Positions 26,296 to 38,701 of a stretch of DNA of 64,000 bases are shown piece by piece. The position numbers and the translations under genes are program-made. The notes below the pieces were generated by a model. That model was not told the DNA's origin and ran no database searches. It worked only from the letters and a program-made list of their open reading frames with translations. Origin of the DNA: Dimorphilus gyrociliatus (taxonomy: Eukaryota > Animalia > Annelida); assembly GCA_904063045.1 (NCBI GenBank), contig CAJFCJ010000002.1, forward strand, positions 1,054,001 through 1,118,000, given 5' to 3'. Each line of letters opens with the position of its first letter. Within the stretch, counting starts at the first letter, position 1.

Positions 26296-26755
26296 ACTGT
26301 AAAACACAGATGAAGCCTTAAGCTTTCTCTTGATATTTATAAATATATTCAGAAATGAAACTGACAGTTAACTACACGACGTACAGTCTTATTCAGAAAT
26401 GTTATTTTTGCGGAGTAAACTGGTAGTAATTTTTTTTTATAAAGTAAAATCAATGAAACTATGCTGAAATAAACAACGCAATATGTGCAACATCAGATAT
26501 GCAATGAATAATGTATTTATCAATGCCATATTAAAATAGTACATACAGATATAAAAATACACGATCAAACAAACTGTTTAAATAGGATGTTATTTATGCC
26601 TTACAATATACCTTTCGAGACAGGTTTTAAGAAATGTACATCAAATTAACATTATTAAATCTATTAGTCAAACGAAAGGATGTTAAAAAAGATTTGACAG
26701 TTTGCAATGTAACGTGTGACAATAGGCCAACGGCGCGGTGTGGTTACGCCATCTT

Positions 26756-27382
26756 TTACTCAATTGTATACGCGAGAAAAATATAGTCTTCTGAAGAAGA
26801 GGGAATTATAGAACAGCCAGGCGCCACAGGCCCGAATCCCAAGAACATAAAAATACGGACGAGCAGAGCTCGATCTTTTCGATTCTTCTTCAAACTGACG
26901 ATCACGTGGCTCACTCCCAGTTCGTCTTCGGCGTACTAGATTGAAAATCAATTGTTAAGGATATCTGATTTGTTGTAAAATTTAGCTGTATAGTGTCATA
27001 TTACCTCTAACATCTTAACAAAGCTCTCCTTTGAACCATCTGGTAAAACTCCTGGCGAAACGTGCACGAATAATTTTCCTTCAAACATGACAGCCTGCCA
27101 TTCAACATTTCGACCATCCACTAGCTGAACATTGAATAGGATATTTGATGGTGGAAGAAATTGCGGAGTGCTTAGAAGACCCTCGCGTACAGGGGGCGCT
27201 CTCTCAACCCCCACACCGTTGCCCTCTGTCGTTTTGCATGCGGCGTGGGGAGCATCAGGAACACCACAGAGGCCCTGAACCGAGATGTATGACTTGGTAG
27301 TGTTGGGCCATACTGTTTGAGAAATTTCAATAATTTAAGGATCATTTAATTTAATTCAGTTCTTGACTTACTTCGTGTCCAT
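26756..27382 (-). CDS. OAZ1: Ornithine decarboxylase antizyme (ORF1 + ORF2 via +1 ribosomal frameshift), about 165 aa
   Basis: ORF1 MDTN|MAQHYQVIHLGSGPLWCS ends TCC-TGA. The +1 frame continues DAPHAAC...LPDGSKESFVKMLE|YAEDELGVSHVIVSLKKNRKDRALLVRIFMFLGF. Introns at 27313-27371 and 26936-27004. Confidence 0.95.
27189..27260 (-). promoter_or_regulatory. Antizyme frameshift site UCC-UGA with predicted 3' RNA pseudoknot
   Basis: Stem 1 is CCCCACGCCG with CGGUGUGGGG (10 bp, one G-U). Stem 2 is ACAGAGGGC with GCCCCCUGU (8 of 9 paired). Confidence 0.8.
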
Positions 27383-27390
27383 TTTACTGC

Positions 27391-27615
27391 TGACGTCACA
27401 TATCGACGGCATATTGTTTTCTTTCGCTTTTTCTTTCGGGCCGAAATTTTCCGTATTTGTTATTGCCTTTATGGCTTTTATCATACCTAATAACAAATAA
27501 ACAAGTCATTGAAGACGATATCATATAAATATGAAAAATCAGTAACTTACCAACAATAAAAATTAGCGATCAGTTTGAGAACTAGAGAATATTCTAGGTC
27601 GACGGGCTGACGTCA
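27391..27615. promoter_or_regulatory. Bidirectional OAZ/STK11 promoter with two full CRE palindromes (TGACGTCA at 27391-27398 and 27608-27615)
   Basis: Two perfect 8-bp CRE palindromes lie in the roughly 490-bp divergent intergenic region. Confidence 0.5.
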
Positions 27616-27870
27616 CGAAATCTGTAATCACATGACACCTTGAAACGTATTTCTTATTTTCGTATATTTTAGAAAATTCTTTTAGACATGTTTTGAAATA
27701 ATTTTTTATGACAAAATATTGAAAGAAAAAAATTCAAATTTAATTTTAGAATTCCGAATATAAGATAATCAAAATGGCTGAGCATCCAAGAGCAGAAACA
27801 TTTGTTTTGTGACATGGAGGAATCATGAAAAAGAAATTATTTATTTATTACAAATTTGAACGTTACAATA

Positions 27871-29432
27871 ATGGACAAAGAAAATGATACTGAACGTCCT
27901 ATTAATGTACATTTGTCAAGTACAGAAGATGAGCAATTATTACACACATCAGGAGATATTGGAAACTATTTTCAGGATGAAGGGGGATCTCTAAATTTTT
28001 TTACAAGAGTTGATTCAGCCGAAATAATATACCATGAAAGGCCGAAAAAAGCGAAAATAATTGGAAATTACCTAATAGGCCATGTTCTCGGTGAGGGATC
28101 TTATGGCAAAGTCAAGGAGTGCTTGGACACGGAATCTCTTTCAAGAAGAGCTGTGAAAATACTTAAGCAAAGACAGTTGAAGAGAATCCCGAATGGGGTT
28201 TCAAATGTAAAAAGGTTTTTATGATAAGCTTGACAAGTCATTTTGTTCAATGTTTTTATTCAACAGAGAAATAATTTTATTGAAAAAGTTACACAACAAA
28301 CATGTTATCAAATTATTCGACGTATTTGTCAGTGAAGAGAAACAAAAGATTTATTTGTTTATGGAATATTGCGTTGGAAGCCTTCAGTCGATGCTTGACA
28401 ACGTTGAATCCAAATGCTTTCCGCTATGGCAAGCTCATTTGTAAGTTACTAATCGAGTTTCTATTACTAGCATAATTTACACGTCAAACGACAGATATTT
28501 TGTTCAGCTGATTGATGGGGTAGATTATCTTCATAGTAGAGGGATTGTTCATAAGGATATAAAGCCACCCAATTTATTATTGAGCCTCGATGAAACTTTA
28601 AAAATAACAGATCTCGGCGTTGCTGAGGTATTTGAATTTACTAACCAATTTATCATATTAATAAATTTAATTTTCTGCTTTCAAGGAATTGGATATGTAT
28701 TCAAAGGTTGATTGCTGTTCTCTTTCCCAAGGATCTCCTGCATTCCAAGCGCCTGAAATAGCTGACGGTGCTGAATATTTTTCGGCTTTCAAGGCTGACG
28801 TGTGGTCTTGTGGTGTCACTCTGTAAGTCTGTCTTTAATATAGTATCACTTTTTTTTGTTTCATTCCAATGCATCATAGGTTCAATATTACAACCGGTAA
28901 ATTACCTTTTATGGCGGACAATATTTACAAATTATTTGAATGCATTGTTAAGTGCGAATATACCATTCCTGAATTGGACAGTCCTCATTGTACCGACTGT
29001 ATTAAAGGTATGTTAAAGAAAGATTCGACAGAGAGATTTTCCATTAAAGACATTAAAAGTCACGAGTAAGTTGTTATTTTAAATTTCATATGCCAAGATT
29101 TCATTCATCGAATTTTCTAGATGGTACAGACGAAAATTAGGACGAAGCAAAGAGTATGTACCACCACCACCATATAATAAGGATGATATGTTGAGGCGTA
29201 TGAGCGTAATTCCAAACTTGGAGATACTTTATATGGAAGAATCAGCTGAGTCTGAAACTGAAGTTGAATTACAACATGTGGAGGATTATAGTAGGTAGTA
29301 GAACAACTTTTGTTACCATTAATTTATATTCTCTTACTTGTAGAAAAAGCATCTCGTCAACACTCAAATGATAATAAAAAGAAAGGTTCCAGTGTTAAAA
29401 ATTTCTCTGGTAGTTTCTGCAAATTATCATAA
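27871..29432 (+). CDS. STK11: Serine/threonine kinase 11 (LKB1)
   Basis: [56 protein letters not shown] and a C-terminal CaaX-like CKLS*. Start codon is approximate. Confidence 0.93.
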
Positions 29433-31523
29433 CCAGTAAGGCGCTTCAAACACAAAACAGTGGAAATATTGTTGGCGAATGTAGGACTAAACTGACTTTG
29501 ATGTTTGATTTCATTTATTGAAAACTTATCAGTTCCTGCAGCAAATTTATCTATCGGTGCTATATTTTTTTACGAAAAAGAAACCGAATGTAAACGACAA
29601 TTGCAATGTCTCACCGCCTATGATTAAAACTCCAGGTTTTTGTTGATCACTTGTAGAAAGTGTTTGTGATTCGAATATGGAGAGAGGAATATTTGAAAAA
29701 AAATTAATAAAGCAGGTGGTGAAAATATTAAACTGCAACATTTTAGTACATTGTATTTCGATTGAGTTTGTATTATTTTATGTTGTTTAGAATTTATTCG
29801 TAGGATAAGTTTTGAACTAAATAAAGCTTTTTAAAAATTGCTTTTAAGTGTTGAAATGTGTTATTCAAATAAGAGCTTCTCCTTTATTTAAAAGGATATA
29901 AACATAGTTTATAGCCTTTAAGTTTATGAATTTGACAACGTAAATTATAATATTTGCCAATTCCATTGTGATTGTTGTCCGCTTCCTAATTTACTAGCAG
30001 TAATGTGTAAGGCGTATATCATATATGCATTACAATCTATATAATGTATACATTGCCCGTACAAGTCCGCCTGGATTTGCACAAAATGAAAGCTCATTAA
30101 AAACGAATACGATATTTTTCCAAGCTAATAATCGTAAGAAAAACTGAGGGTCTGTAATTCAAATAGACCTTGCCACATACGATCTTTCGAAGTCTATTGA
30201 TTTTTTTTAGCTCAACTGATCTCAAACAATGCACATATAAGCGTATGACCGCCGGCGTATAGATTGTTTTACGACTTAAGTATTTTATGTTGCATTCTGC
30301 TGGGTAGAATAGCATGCTAGGCGTTGCCGCAATGGAACATGTAGAAACCAACAAACGGACAGGCGGTTGTTAGTTTATAATACGTATGATTATGAGGAAT
30401 TAGCGAAGGAGTCAATGATAGATTATATAATGCAATAAACATTTACAGTTCTTACTCGGTAGAAAACTAGTTCCAATAATTTATCTTCGAGGTATTAACA
30501 CTCGACTATTAACAGCACATACGCTCTTACCCCAAGGCCTACTTAAACGACAGTAACGCCGACGCTTTTATTGATGCTGTGACAGCACACAAAAGTATCG
30601 ATTCCTTATCGATTGGTGGATCACTACAGATCATCTTTTTAAAGTTTATCCTTTTTTTATAGTTTAAGCTATTTTAAAGTTACTTTAAAATCTCTTTATT
30701 CTCTCCGCTGATTATGTAGACGTTGTGCTTCTTATCAATCAACGCCCTTGTCCGTATATGGTAATTGTAGACAATATATAATTAGAGAAAGCCTGGTGCT
30801 ATTGGCGCCACAAAAGCTATAGAGACGCCTTTAAAAACATTTATATCGATTTTGAGCAAGCGTCTATATACAGTAGATTTGTATGTGTTATTTATGTATA
30901 AATATATGTATATAAAAAAAATAAATACATGTATATATACATGGATTCAATATTCATATCCATGCAGTTAGATGTTTATTATATACATTACTACCAATTT
31001 TAATGGCAAATGCAAAAATTTTGTATCTATAATATAATAAACCTAACGTATAACGAAAAGAGTAAATTTAGAAATCTTCTAGACGAAATTTTGCACGTAA
31101 TTTTTTCTTCATGTTTTTTTTGTCATAATAAATGTGCAAATTAGACGATTTCTCATATTGTACCGATTGGTAAAGTGCATTTGGTGCTAATTTTATTCGA
31201 TGGAAAATGAATGAAAATAATTTAAAAACTAAAAGTACACGAAGCTAAACTTAAGTGGGATGTGCAAAGATTTGAATATTTTATGTCTCCCAAGGTGCAA
31301 TTTCTTAAGCTCATCCATTTTACACACGCAACGCGCACCGACCATCGATTGAAGCTTAATTAATCTGGCGTCATTAGGCGATTTCATAATAGGGCGTACG
31401 ACCGTCAGGTGGAGTTTGAGTTCTGGCCAATCATCGACTCTGAATCGAAACTACAGAAAGAGCTGTAGAGCCAAGCGGAGAACATGCAGATCCGGATCGT
31501 ATGATGGAATTTAGCGAACAAGA

Positions 31524-34072
31524 ATGGAATTGGACAATACAACAACAGCCAGTACACCTGATGAAGAGGTTTGTATAAAACACTCATTATTCCTTGTTCT
31601 GGCAAGATAGAAATCATGATTTTCTTTAATACTGAAAACGTTTTGAATGACAGCTATTATTTACATTTATTAGCATCGTTCGTTTACACTTCGATAAGAG
31701 ATAAAATCGTTCAGTTTAGTCTTTTACATTGGTTTGCCTTTCTTATCTTTTAGAAGGCAATAAAGTCTTTGAGGTTTCAAGCACATCATCCTCGATAAAT
31801 TTACAATTTGTAATTTTTATAAAATAACTTTAGTGAGCGCTCACGACAAAAAATAAATACAACATGTTGTAATACACGTTTACCACAATATATACAGGTA
31901 TATGTACATGTGTATACTTATAGATTTATTTTCACTCTCTCTCTCTCTCTCTCTCTCTTCCTCTATTTTTTTCTGTTCTCTCTTCCCTTCTCTTTTACAT
32001 GTACTATGTCTGTACATGTACACTATATCTATACATTCTAAATATAAATATAAATAATATATATATATATATATATATATAGATATACATATACATATAA
32101 ATAGATGAATACATATACATGTATACATATACATATATATTTATATATACTAATATACCAATATATATATATATATATACAGATGAATTTATGTTGGATA
32201 TCTGACATACACACAGTACATATTTATTTATTTATATATAATATGTAATTATATTCCGCGTGGAAATTGTCAGTTTAGAAAAAGTTTGCGTAAATGTCGA
32301 ACTGTCATCTCCCGACGCTTATTCGTAAAGGTCACTCCTGTAGGGCAAAGACGCTTCAGGCTCGCTTCTTACGCACATAGTTAGGTACACTTTGAATTTC
32401 GTATAACTAGAGTTCTTTTGGTAAGATCGGGAAAATGACACAAGTTCAGGCCTATCCCAGTAAAAATCACTCCATTACCTGATTGAGTTGAATATGGTTC
32501 GAGTGGTAAAACGAGCGTTATCTCTCTTACAGTTTCTGTTAGCAGATGGTGAACAGGCAACCTACGACGTGTTCGTTATATTTAAGTCCATTAAAGACTG
32601 CCGTCTTAAATGGAAAAATTCTGTCTCAATGAATCTTTCTCATCCTTAAATATGTTATTGCCGATAATTTTTAAGGCTTTTGGCTATAACATGTTTTACT
32701 GTCATTAATATCCTGCGTTTGTTTGATTTCAGGTTAGAACTCTTTTTGTGAGCGGATTGCCGATGGATGCAAAACCTAGGGAATTGTATCTTTTGTTCAG
32801 AAGCTATCAGGTACGTGGAAATTTTTCGAATTATTTTAGGTATTGTAAAACTACGTGATGTTAGGGGTACGAAAGCTCTTTATTAAAAACTATAACGCAA
32901 GTTCCGACTGCCAGACACCACTGTGTAAGTTTTTTAAGCTAGAAGATTATAAAATTGAACAAAAAATTCACTGCGCATGCGCCGCACTATGTTCATGCAT
33001 GCTTTGTCTTTCTATTAATCGATAAACAATGCTGTTCTTTGCTGACAAACTATGTAATTGTGGTCTCTTAGGAGATGTAGTTAAAAAAATCTTAGTTATA
33101 GCTTCTAATACTGAGTGCAGTGTATTACGTCACTCTAATCACATATTACAGGGCTACGAGGGATCGCTGCTCAAAGTAACAGGGAAGAATGGAAAAAATA
33201 CATCTGTAAGTATATGAAAATTCAATGTTTTCGCTTTTTTCCCTCACACTGTAAGACATAATTTAACCATAATTATTTTGATTGATTATGATTAATGCTG
33301 TTGGTATTTTCTTCCATATTTTAATCGACGACTTGGTTCAACAAAACATTAGCTTCCGGTAATTGTTAAAATATGTAAAAACACACTATATAAACGAAAA
33401 TATCCATTATATATTCACTATCTTTCCTTTTCATTCACTCTATGAACTTTATACCATTATACTAAACCAAAGCTTTAATAACAGAGTTCTAAAATAGAAA
33501 TTATATAATATAATGACAAAAATTATATACAGCCGGTTGGTTTTGTAACTTTTACATCTCGCATACTCGCTGAAGCGGCTAAAGAAGATCTTCAAGGGGT
33601 TAGATTTGATCCAGATTTACCACAAACCTTGCGGTTGGAATTCGCCAAGAGCAATACGAAAGTAGCGAAGCCTAAACAGCAGTCTCCTTTACCAGCAGCG
33701 ACACACCCCACCGCTCTCCTTCATCCCTTAACTGGACGTAAGTTACAGGATATAATCGGTTGCTTAACTAGAGGAGTTTTACGTTAACGATAATTTTGCA
33801 GAGGAATTGGCGGCCGCCGGCTTCTTTCCTGGTCTAGATGCAGCTTCCTGGACAGCAGCAACTCATGTTCCCTTCACGGCCTACGGATCGCCAGATCTAA
33901 CTCCGACCGGCGCCGCTTTCACCCATCATAATTTATTTCAGCATCCAGCTCTTGGTAAGATATTTATTGATTTTTAATGTGTGTTGTTAATATTTATCTT
34001 AAAAAAAATTGATTGTTACATTCAGCTCAAGCTCTCCCTTTTCCGTGGATTCAGGCACCAAAAAATGCTTAA
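31524..34072 (+). CDS. RBPMS: RBPMS / couch potato family RRM RNA-binding protein
   Basis: Spliced exons give [15 protein letters not shown]|[26 protein letters not shown]|[18 protein letters not shown]|PVGFVTF...[22 protein letters not shown]. The terminal exon choice is uncertain. Confidence 0.9.
31935..32180. repeat. (CT)n and (TA)n microsatellite / low-complexity tract in RBPMS intron 1
   Basis: Visible ctctct and tatata runs. Confidence 0.9.
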
Positions 34073-35489
34073 ATAAACAGTGTAAAATATAAATCCTATT
34101 TACAATCATATACTGTTTATATACTACCTCTGTGAAACATTCCTCGTCTAGTCGATGATGACCGACTCTTCTACTTCAATGAGGTTGTTGAATCCACTTG
34201 CCGATTTTAAGACCGACCAGCAGAATCGTTGTGATAAGCTGCGAGCAGCTATATTTAGTAAAATTCATTTTAAAAAATTCTCTTATATACTATGTTTGTG
34301 TGTGCGTGCTTTATTGAATGAAGCGAACGAATAATTTGTTTGTCGTATTAGTTAGTATATAAAATATCCATGCAGAAATGCGAGAAGCGGTTGCCACGCG
34401 CGTAACCTCGACGAATCAATTTGTGCGGTTTGTACTTCTCCGTATGAAGGAAAAAGCTCGTGGCAATCCGTCGCTTTTGCAATCAATGCCATATTGTTTC
34501 AATTCTATCAGCTCTTACTGTTGTTTAAGTCGTATTTTTACATTCGTCTCTATGGCGTCATGTATGTTTACTTAAAAAAAAAAATTCATTTTGGTTTTTT
34601 TTCGAATACGAAAACACTTTCAGGTGTACGACGTAAAAGTCAATAAACGGTTAATTACACCGACTGAGGGAATTATTAACGCTCTCGGAAATTGATTGCG
34701 TGCCTCTACTAGGCCTATTTAAAGCGTGCAAACCTCTATTAAACACGTTTGAAACGCCGTTTATTAACTGTTAATGTTCTGAACTCGAGTAGACCTTTCT
34801 CTTCTTGCATTTCTTATTTCTTCCATTATAACACTTTTAATGTTTCGAATGTTTCTCTTCGTCAGACATTAATTAATTAATTATTTTAAATAAGAAGACA
34901 TTGTTTTGCTGTAAAATAATTTTTAATGGGAACAAGACATCTGGATGTAGCCGAACAGGAAACTAAAATCGAAGCAGTACTTAAAAAAATTACTCAGGGA
35001 GGTAATGTTTTCCGTCGTTTGTTTCCTTTTGACATAATACTAGATGTCGTTGTTCGAAAACCAGTAGGTGGCCTATGGATTCATTTATAGATATAAATAA
35101 ATAAATAAAACATTTCTATGTTATTTAATCTATTAAACAATTAATTGATATGATGGAATACTGATTTTCATCAATTAACACAATGGGAATATTTAACAAG
35201 AGTAATTTAACTTGACAATTTACAAATTATTAGTTTTCCATAATAAAAAAAAAGAACCAATGACCTAAATTTTCAGCGTCTCATAATGAATATATTTATA
35301 AATTTATATACCATTATGCTCAAAAAATAATTAGCTTATAAATATATGACGCTCTATTCATTGGAGAGAAAAAACTAAGATACTTAAAAATCTATTTTTT
35401 ATTTCATAAATTATTTTTGAATAGTATTGATCGATTGAGTTTTTGAATAATTAAACTTATTTACCCTTTTGTATACTCATCTAGTTTCT

Positions 35490-35538
35490 TCTCTCTCTCT
35501 TCTTCTTCTTCTTCTTCTTCTTCTTCTTCTTCTTCTTC
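35490..35538. repeat. (CT)n followed by (TTC)n microsatellite
   Basis: ctctctctct followed by about 12 ttc units. Confidence 0.9.
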
Positions 35539-36524
35539 ATCGCATTAATTCACAATATACAGTTATATACGGTATATACAGTATAATAGTAATAGTTTAT
35601 ACAATATATATATACAATACATATATAAAATGATTAACTAAGAAGAAACTACTATTTACAATTTCTTTCAATAAATCCACTAGGTAAAATAAACTGTATA
35701 TATAAAAAAAATACTATAGAATAAGAAATTATATTAATCTAGTGATTATTTGTTGTTGATAATGGGAAATATATTGAATAAAATCTAATTCATTTAGATA
35801 TTAAGATAATAACTTTCATGTTTAATGCTGATAATAGCATTTCAAAGATATAAAATCTCTCAAGGTAACTCGTAACTCTCGCTCACTAGATATCTACGCT
35901 ACATTCATATAAGATGTTTATATATGCTGTATAATTGTAATCATATCCTTGATCTAATTTTCTCTGTTATGTAATATCGGATGATTATATTTTAATATCG
36001 TACTCTATTACTCTATTTTGGATAACAGAGATTTTCTCCTTAAAACCTTTATTGTTTTCATTCCTTCAATGACTTAATCCGACAATGGTATTTTTATAAA
36101 ACATGAAATAACTGTTAAATAATCGTTTAAATGATCAATAAGCACTTAAAAGCAGCGTTACCAAAGTTTTAAACTGAACCCAGTTAACGTTAATTATGTG
36201 TTTGTTAAAGGTTTACACGGAATTACTTTACAGGTGTTTCTTTGTTTTTATCTTTCTTCTATTTTGTATACAAGAACATAAATATATATTTATAAATACA
36301 ATATTCAATTTATGCAAAAAGAAACAGCTTTTTAAAACGTTCAGTTCATCTCTGCCAAGCCTGTTGTCATTTCAGTTATCTGATCGCCACCGAATGCCTG
36401 ATAATATAAAAAAGAGTTCATAATTGACCATATTGAAAATATCCTAGTATTTTTTATATAGATAGAAAAATCAAGAGAATAAGGAGTCAAAATTAGTAGT
36501 AGATCGGAGAATTAGTTGTGGTTA

Positions 36525-37742
36525 TTATTGTTTAGAAACCTCTTTTCTAAGTCTGGCCCTTTGGAGAACCTGAGTTCTTTTTCGGCGTTCAATCGCTTTG
36601 TTTCCCATAGTTTGTTTCAATGCTGGTAGACAAACACTGGAATCTTTTTGTTGAGCGTAAGACATTTCCGGACTGAATTTACAAAGTAAACATGTCTAAT
36701 TGAGTATATTTTATATTGATTTACTTACATTCTCCTAGAATGGATTTTGGGTAAGTGAGATTCCCTCTCCTTCGCTTCATCCTCTACAACGTAGGCTTTG
36801 GCTAATAGGAAAGCATCAGGAGTCCATTTATGTGAGTACAAAACATCTTTTAAATCGGTTTTTAGCCTATTTAATTCATGAGCCTGTTGTTCATTAGTTA
36901 TTTGTAAAGTTCTTATGATTTTTTCACATTCTTCTACTGTTGGCTGACGCGGAAAACCGGTTGAGGGATCATGTATTTCAAGAGGATTTAAGGAAGCTCC
37001 CAAAGGTAGGTCATATCCCACTTCTCGTTCACTCACCTCTGATATCATTTTTTGCTCTTGCTCTTCTTTCCTGTTTTGAAAAGCATATATATTTATTTAT
37101 ATAGGATTAATTTAACTCTTTGTTAAAGAATTTAGAAAACTAAGCATACAATTCTGCATATTCTCTAGATATATCGTCAAATTGCTGTTTAAGATCTATA
37201 TTTTTACTCTTCTCTTCTTTTAACTGTTTCCTGACTTCCCGTATCTCCTGTTCAAGAAAGATTAACTTTAGTTCGTCAACTTGACCAGGAGGTGGAAGAG
37301 GTGGAGGCTTGGGTTGCAATTTTGATGTTTCACTTTCAGGCTCTATAGTTGCCGGTTTATATTGCCGTGTACGATTGACAGGAGATGTTATTGGCGATGT
37401 ACTTTTCTCTTTTTGCATAATGACTATTCGAAACTGTAATTCTTTGTTACTCCTCTTCAACTCATCTATTTCTTCGTGTAAATTTGTTAGCACATTACGG
37501 TGTTGCTCCTGAAGAAACCGAATAGAACGTTCGAGATGCTGAATTCTCTGCTGAGGATTTACATTATCATCTAGAGGCTTATCCTCTGAATCGTCATCTT
37601 CACTTGATCGCCGAACAATAGAGATAGGTTGAAGAATCTTTTGATCTTTCATGAAAGTTCTCGGGTATCTTGCTCTGTCAAGTGTATTAATCCTTGACCA
37701 TTGTGGCAAATTATTTAGATGTGGAATAGCGCTACTACCCAT
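36525..37742 (-). CDS. CCDC74: Coiled-coil protein CCDC74-like, 3 exons
   Basis: LERSIRFLQEQHRNVLTNLHEEIDELKRSNKELQF (CCDC74/92 N-domain), PTVEECEKIIRTL and last exon LPALKQTMGNKAIERRKRTQVLQRARL. Confidence 0.8.
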
Positions 37743-37791
37743 TTTTTCAAACGGGTCTTTTAATCACCTTTTACTAGTATAGCTATGCGAT

Positions 37792-37806
37792 GTTGCTATG
37801 GTAAAC
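37792..37806. promoter_or_regulatory. RFX X-box-like element upstream of CCDC74
   Basis: GTTGCTATGGTAAAC (reverse complement GTTTACCATAGCAAC) lies about 50 bp 5' of the ATG. Confidence 0.55.
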
Positions 37807-38701
37807 ATGGCGGGAAACGACTCTGCTGCCATCTAGTTGTCATAACCAGAAAAATTCCAAGAGTCTCTTGTTTTCGTTGTTTATCCTTAGCAATTCCATG
37901 AATAGAACAATTAAAACGAAAGTTTTCAATACACTAATATCTTAAAAAAACTTATATAGTTCCACTAAGTAAATACATAAACTCTGATTTCAATCATTTA
38001 TATTGTCTCATTCTTTGTAAAGGATCCAATTAATTAAATAATTACAATCATCAATATCTAATTATTCATAATAAGGTTTCACTTGGTAAATAAAATGGAT
38101 AATGGAGAACGTTGCATCTGCAGTATCACTTATCCATAAATTTCAAGGGGTATTATGCACTAAGTATAAAAGCAATAGCAATTTAATGTAAATAATTGTA
38201 TAAAAGTATGAGCTACCGTGTTATTTGCAATATTCCTTACGTAACGTGAAAAAAAGAAAAGAATTCCGTTACAGCTTCGACGGATCTTCTTAATAGATTG
38301 ATAGACCTCAATATCGTTTTCTTGTCGAACATTGAACTCTTTTCACAGAAATGTATCTAATTTGAAATTCGATTGACCTAATTTTCTTATAACGTAAACT
38401 ACTTAAAAGATACTTTTCCATTATGGAATATACTAGTCTAACTTCCTCTATCAGAGACTTTTCATAGATCAAAATAGAAAAGATTATATAACTCAATAAA
38501 ATACTATTTGCATAAAAATTTACAAAAAGGATATAATAAATTACAATAGTTGTTAGCTTGTTGCCGAGTGGTTGTAATAAGTAATTGGAAATAGATATTG
38601 TGTTGCGTATATAATGAAAATAAATTAGTTTAATTAAAATATAAGAATTACGTCACCGAGTTAATTGTGTTTTTTTATAAAAAAAATATGAGATTTATAT
38701 T

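Noticed and set aside
23441-27382. Operon or trans-splicing hypothesis for close same-strand neighbours (OAZ-HBS1L, RNF146-FER, galaxin-like-HECTD2)
   Set aside because: Spacing alone cannot show polycistronic transcription, and the gaps can hold ordinary promoters; spliced-leader reads would be needed.
31880-32134. Ile/Tyr-rich ORFs over (TA)n tracts (also 42692-42940, 43935-44240, 49414-49662)
   Set aside because: Translation artefacts of microsatellites.
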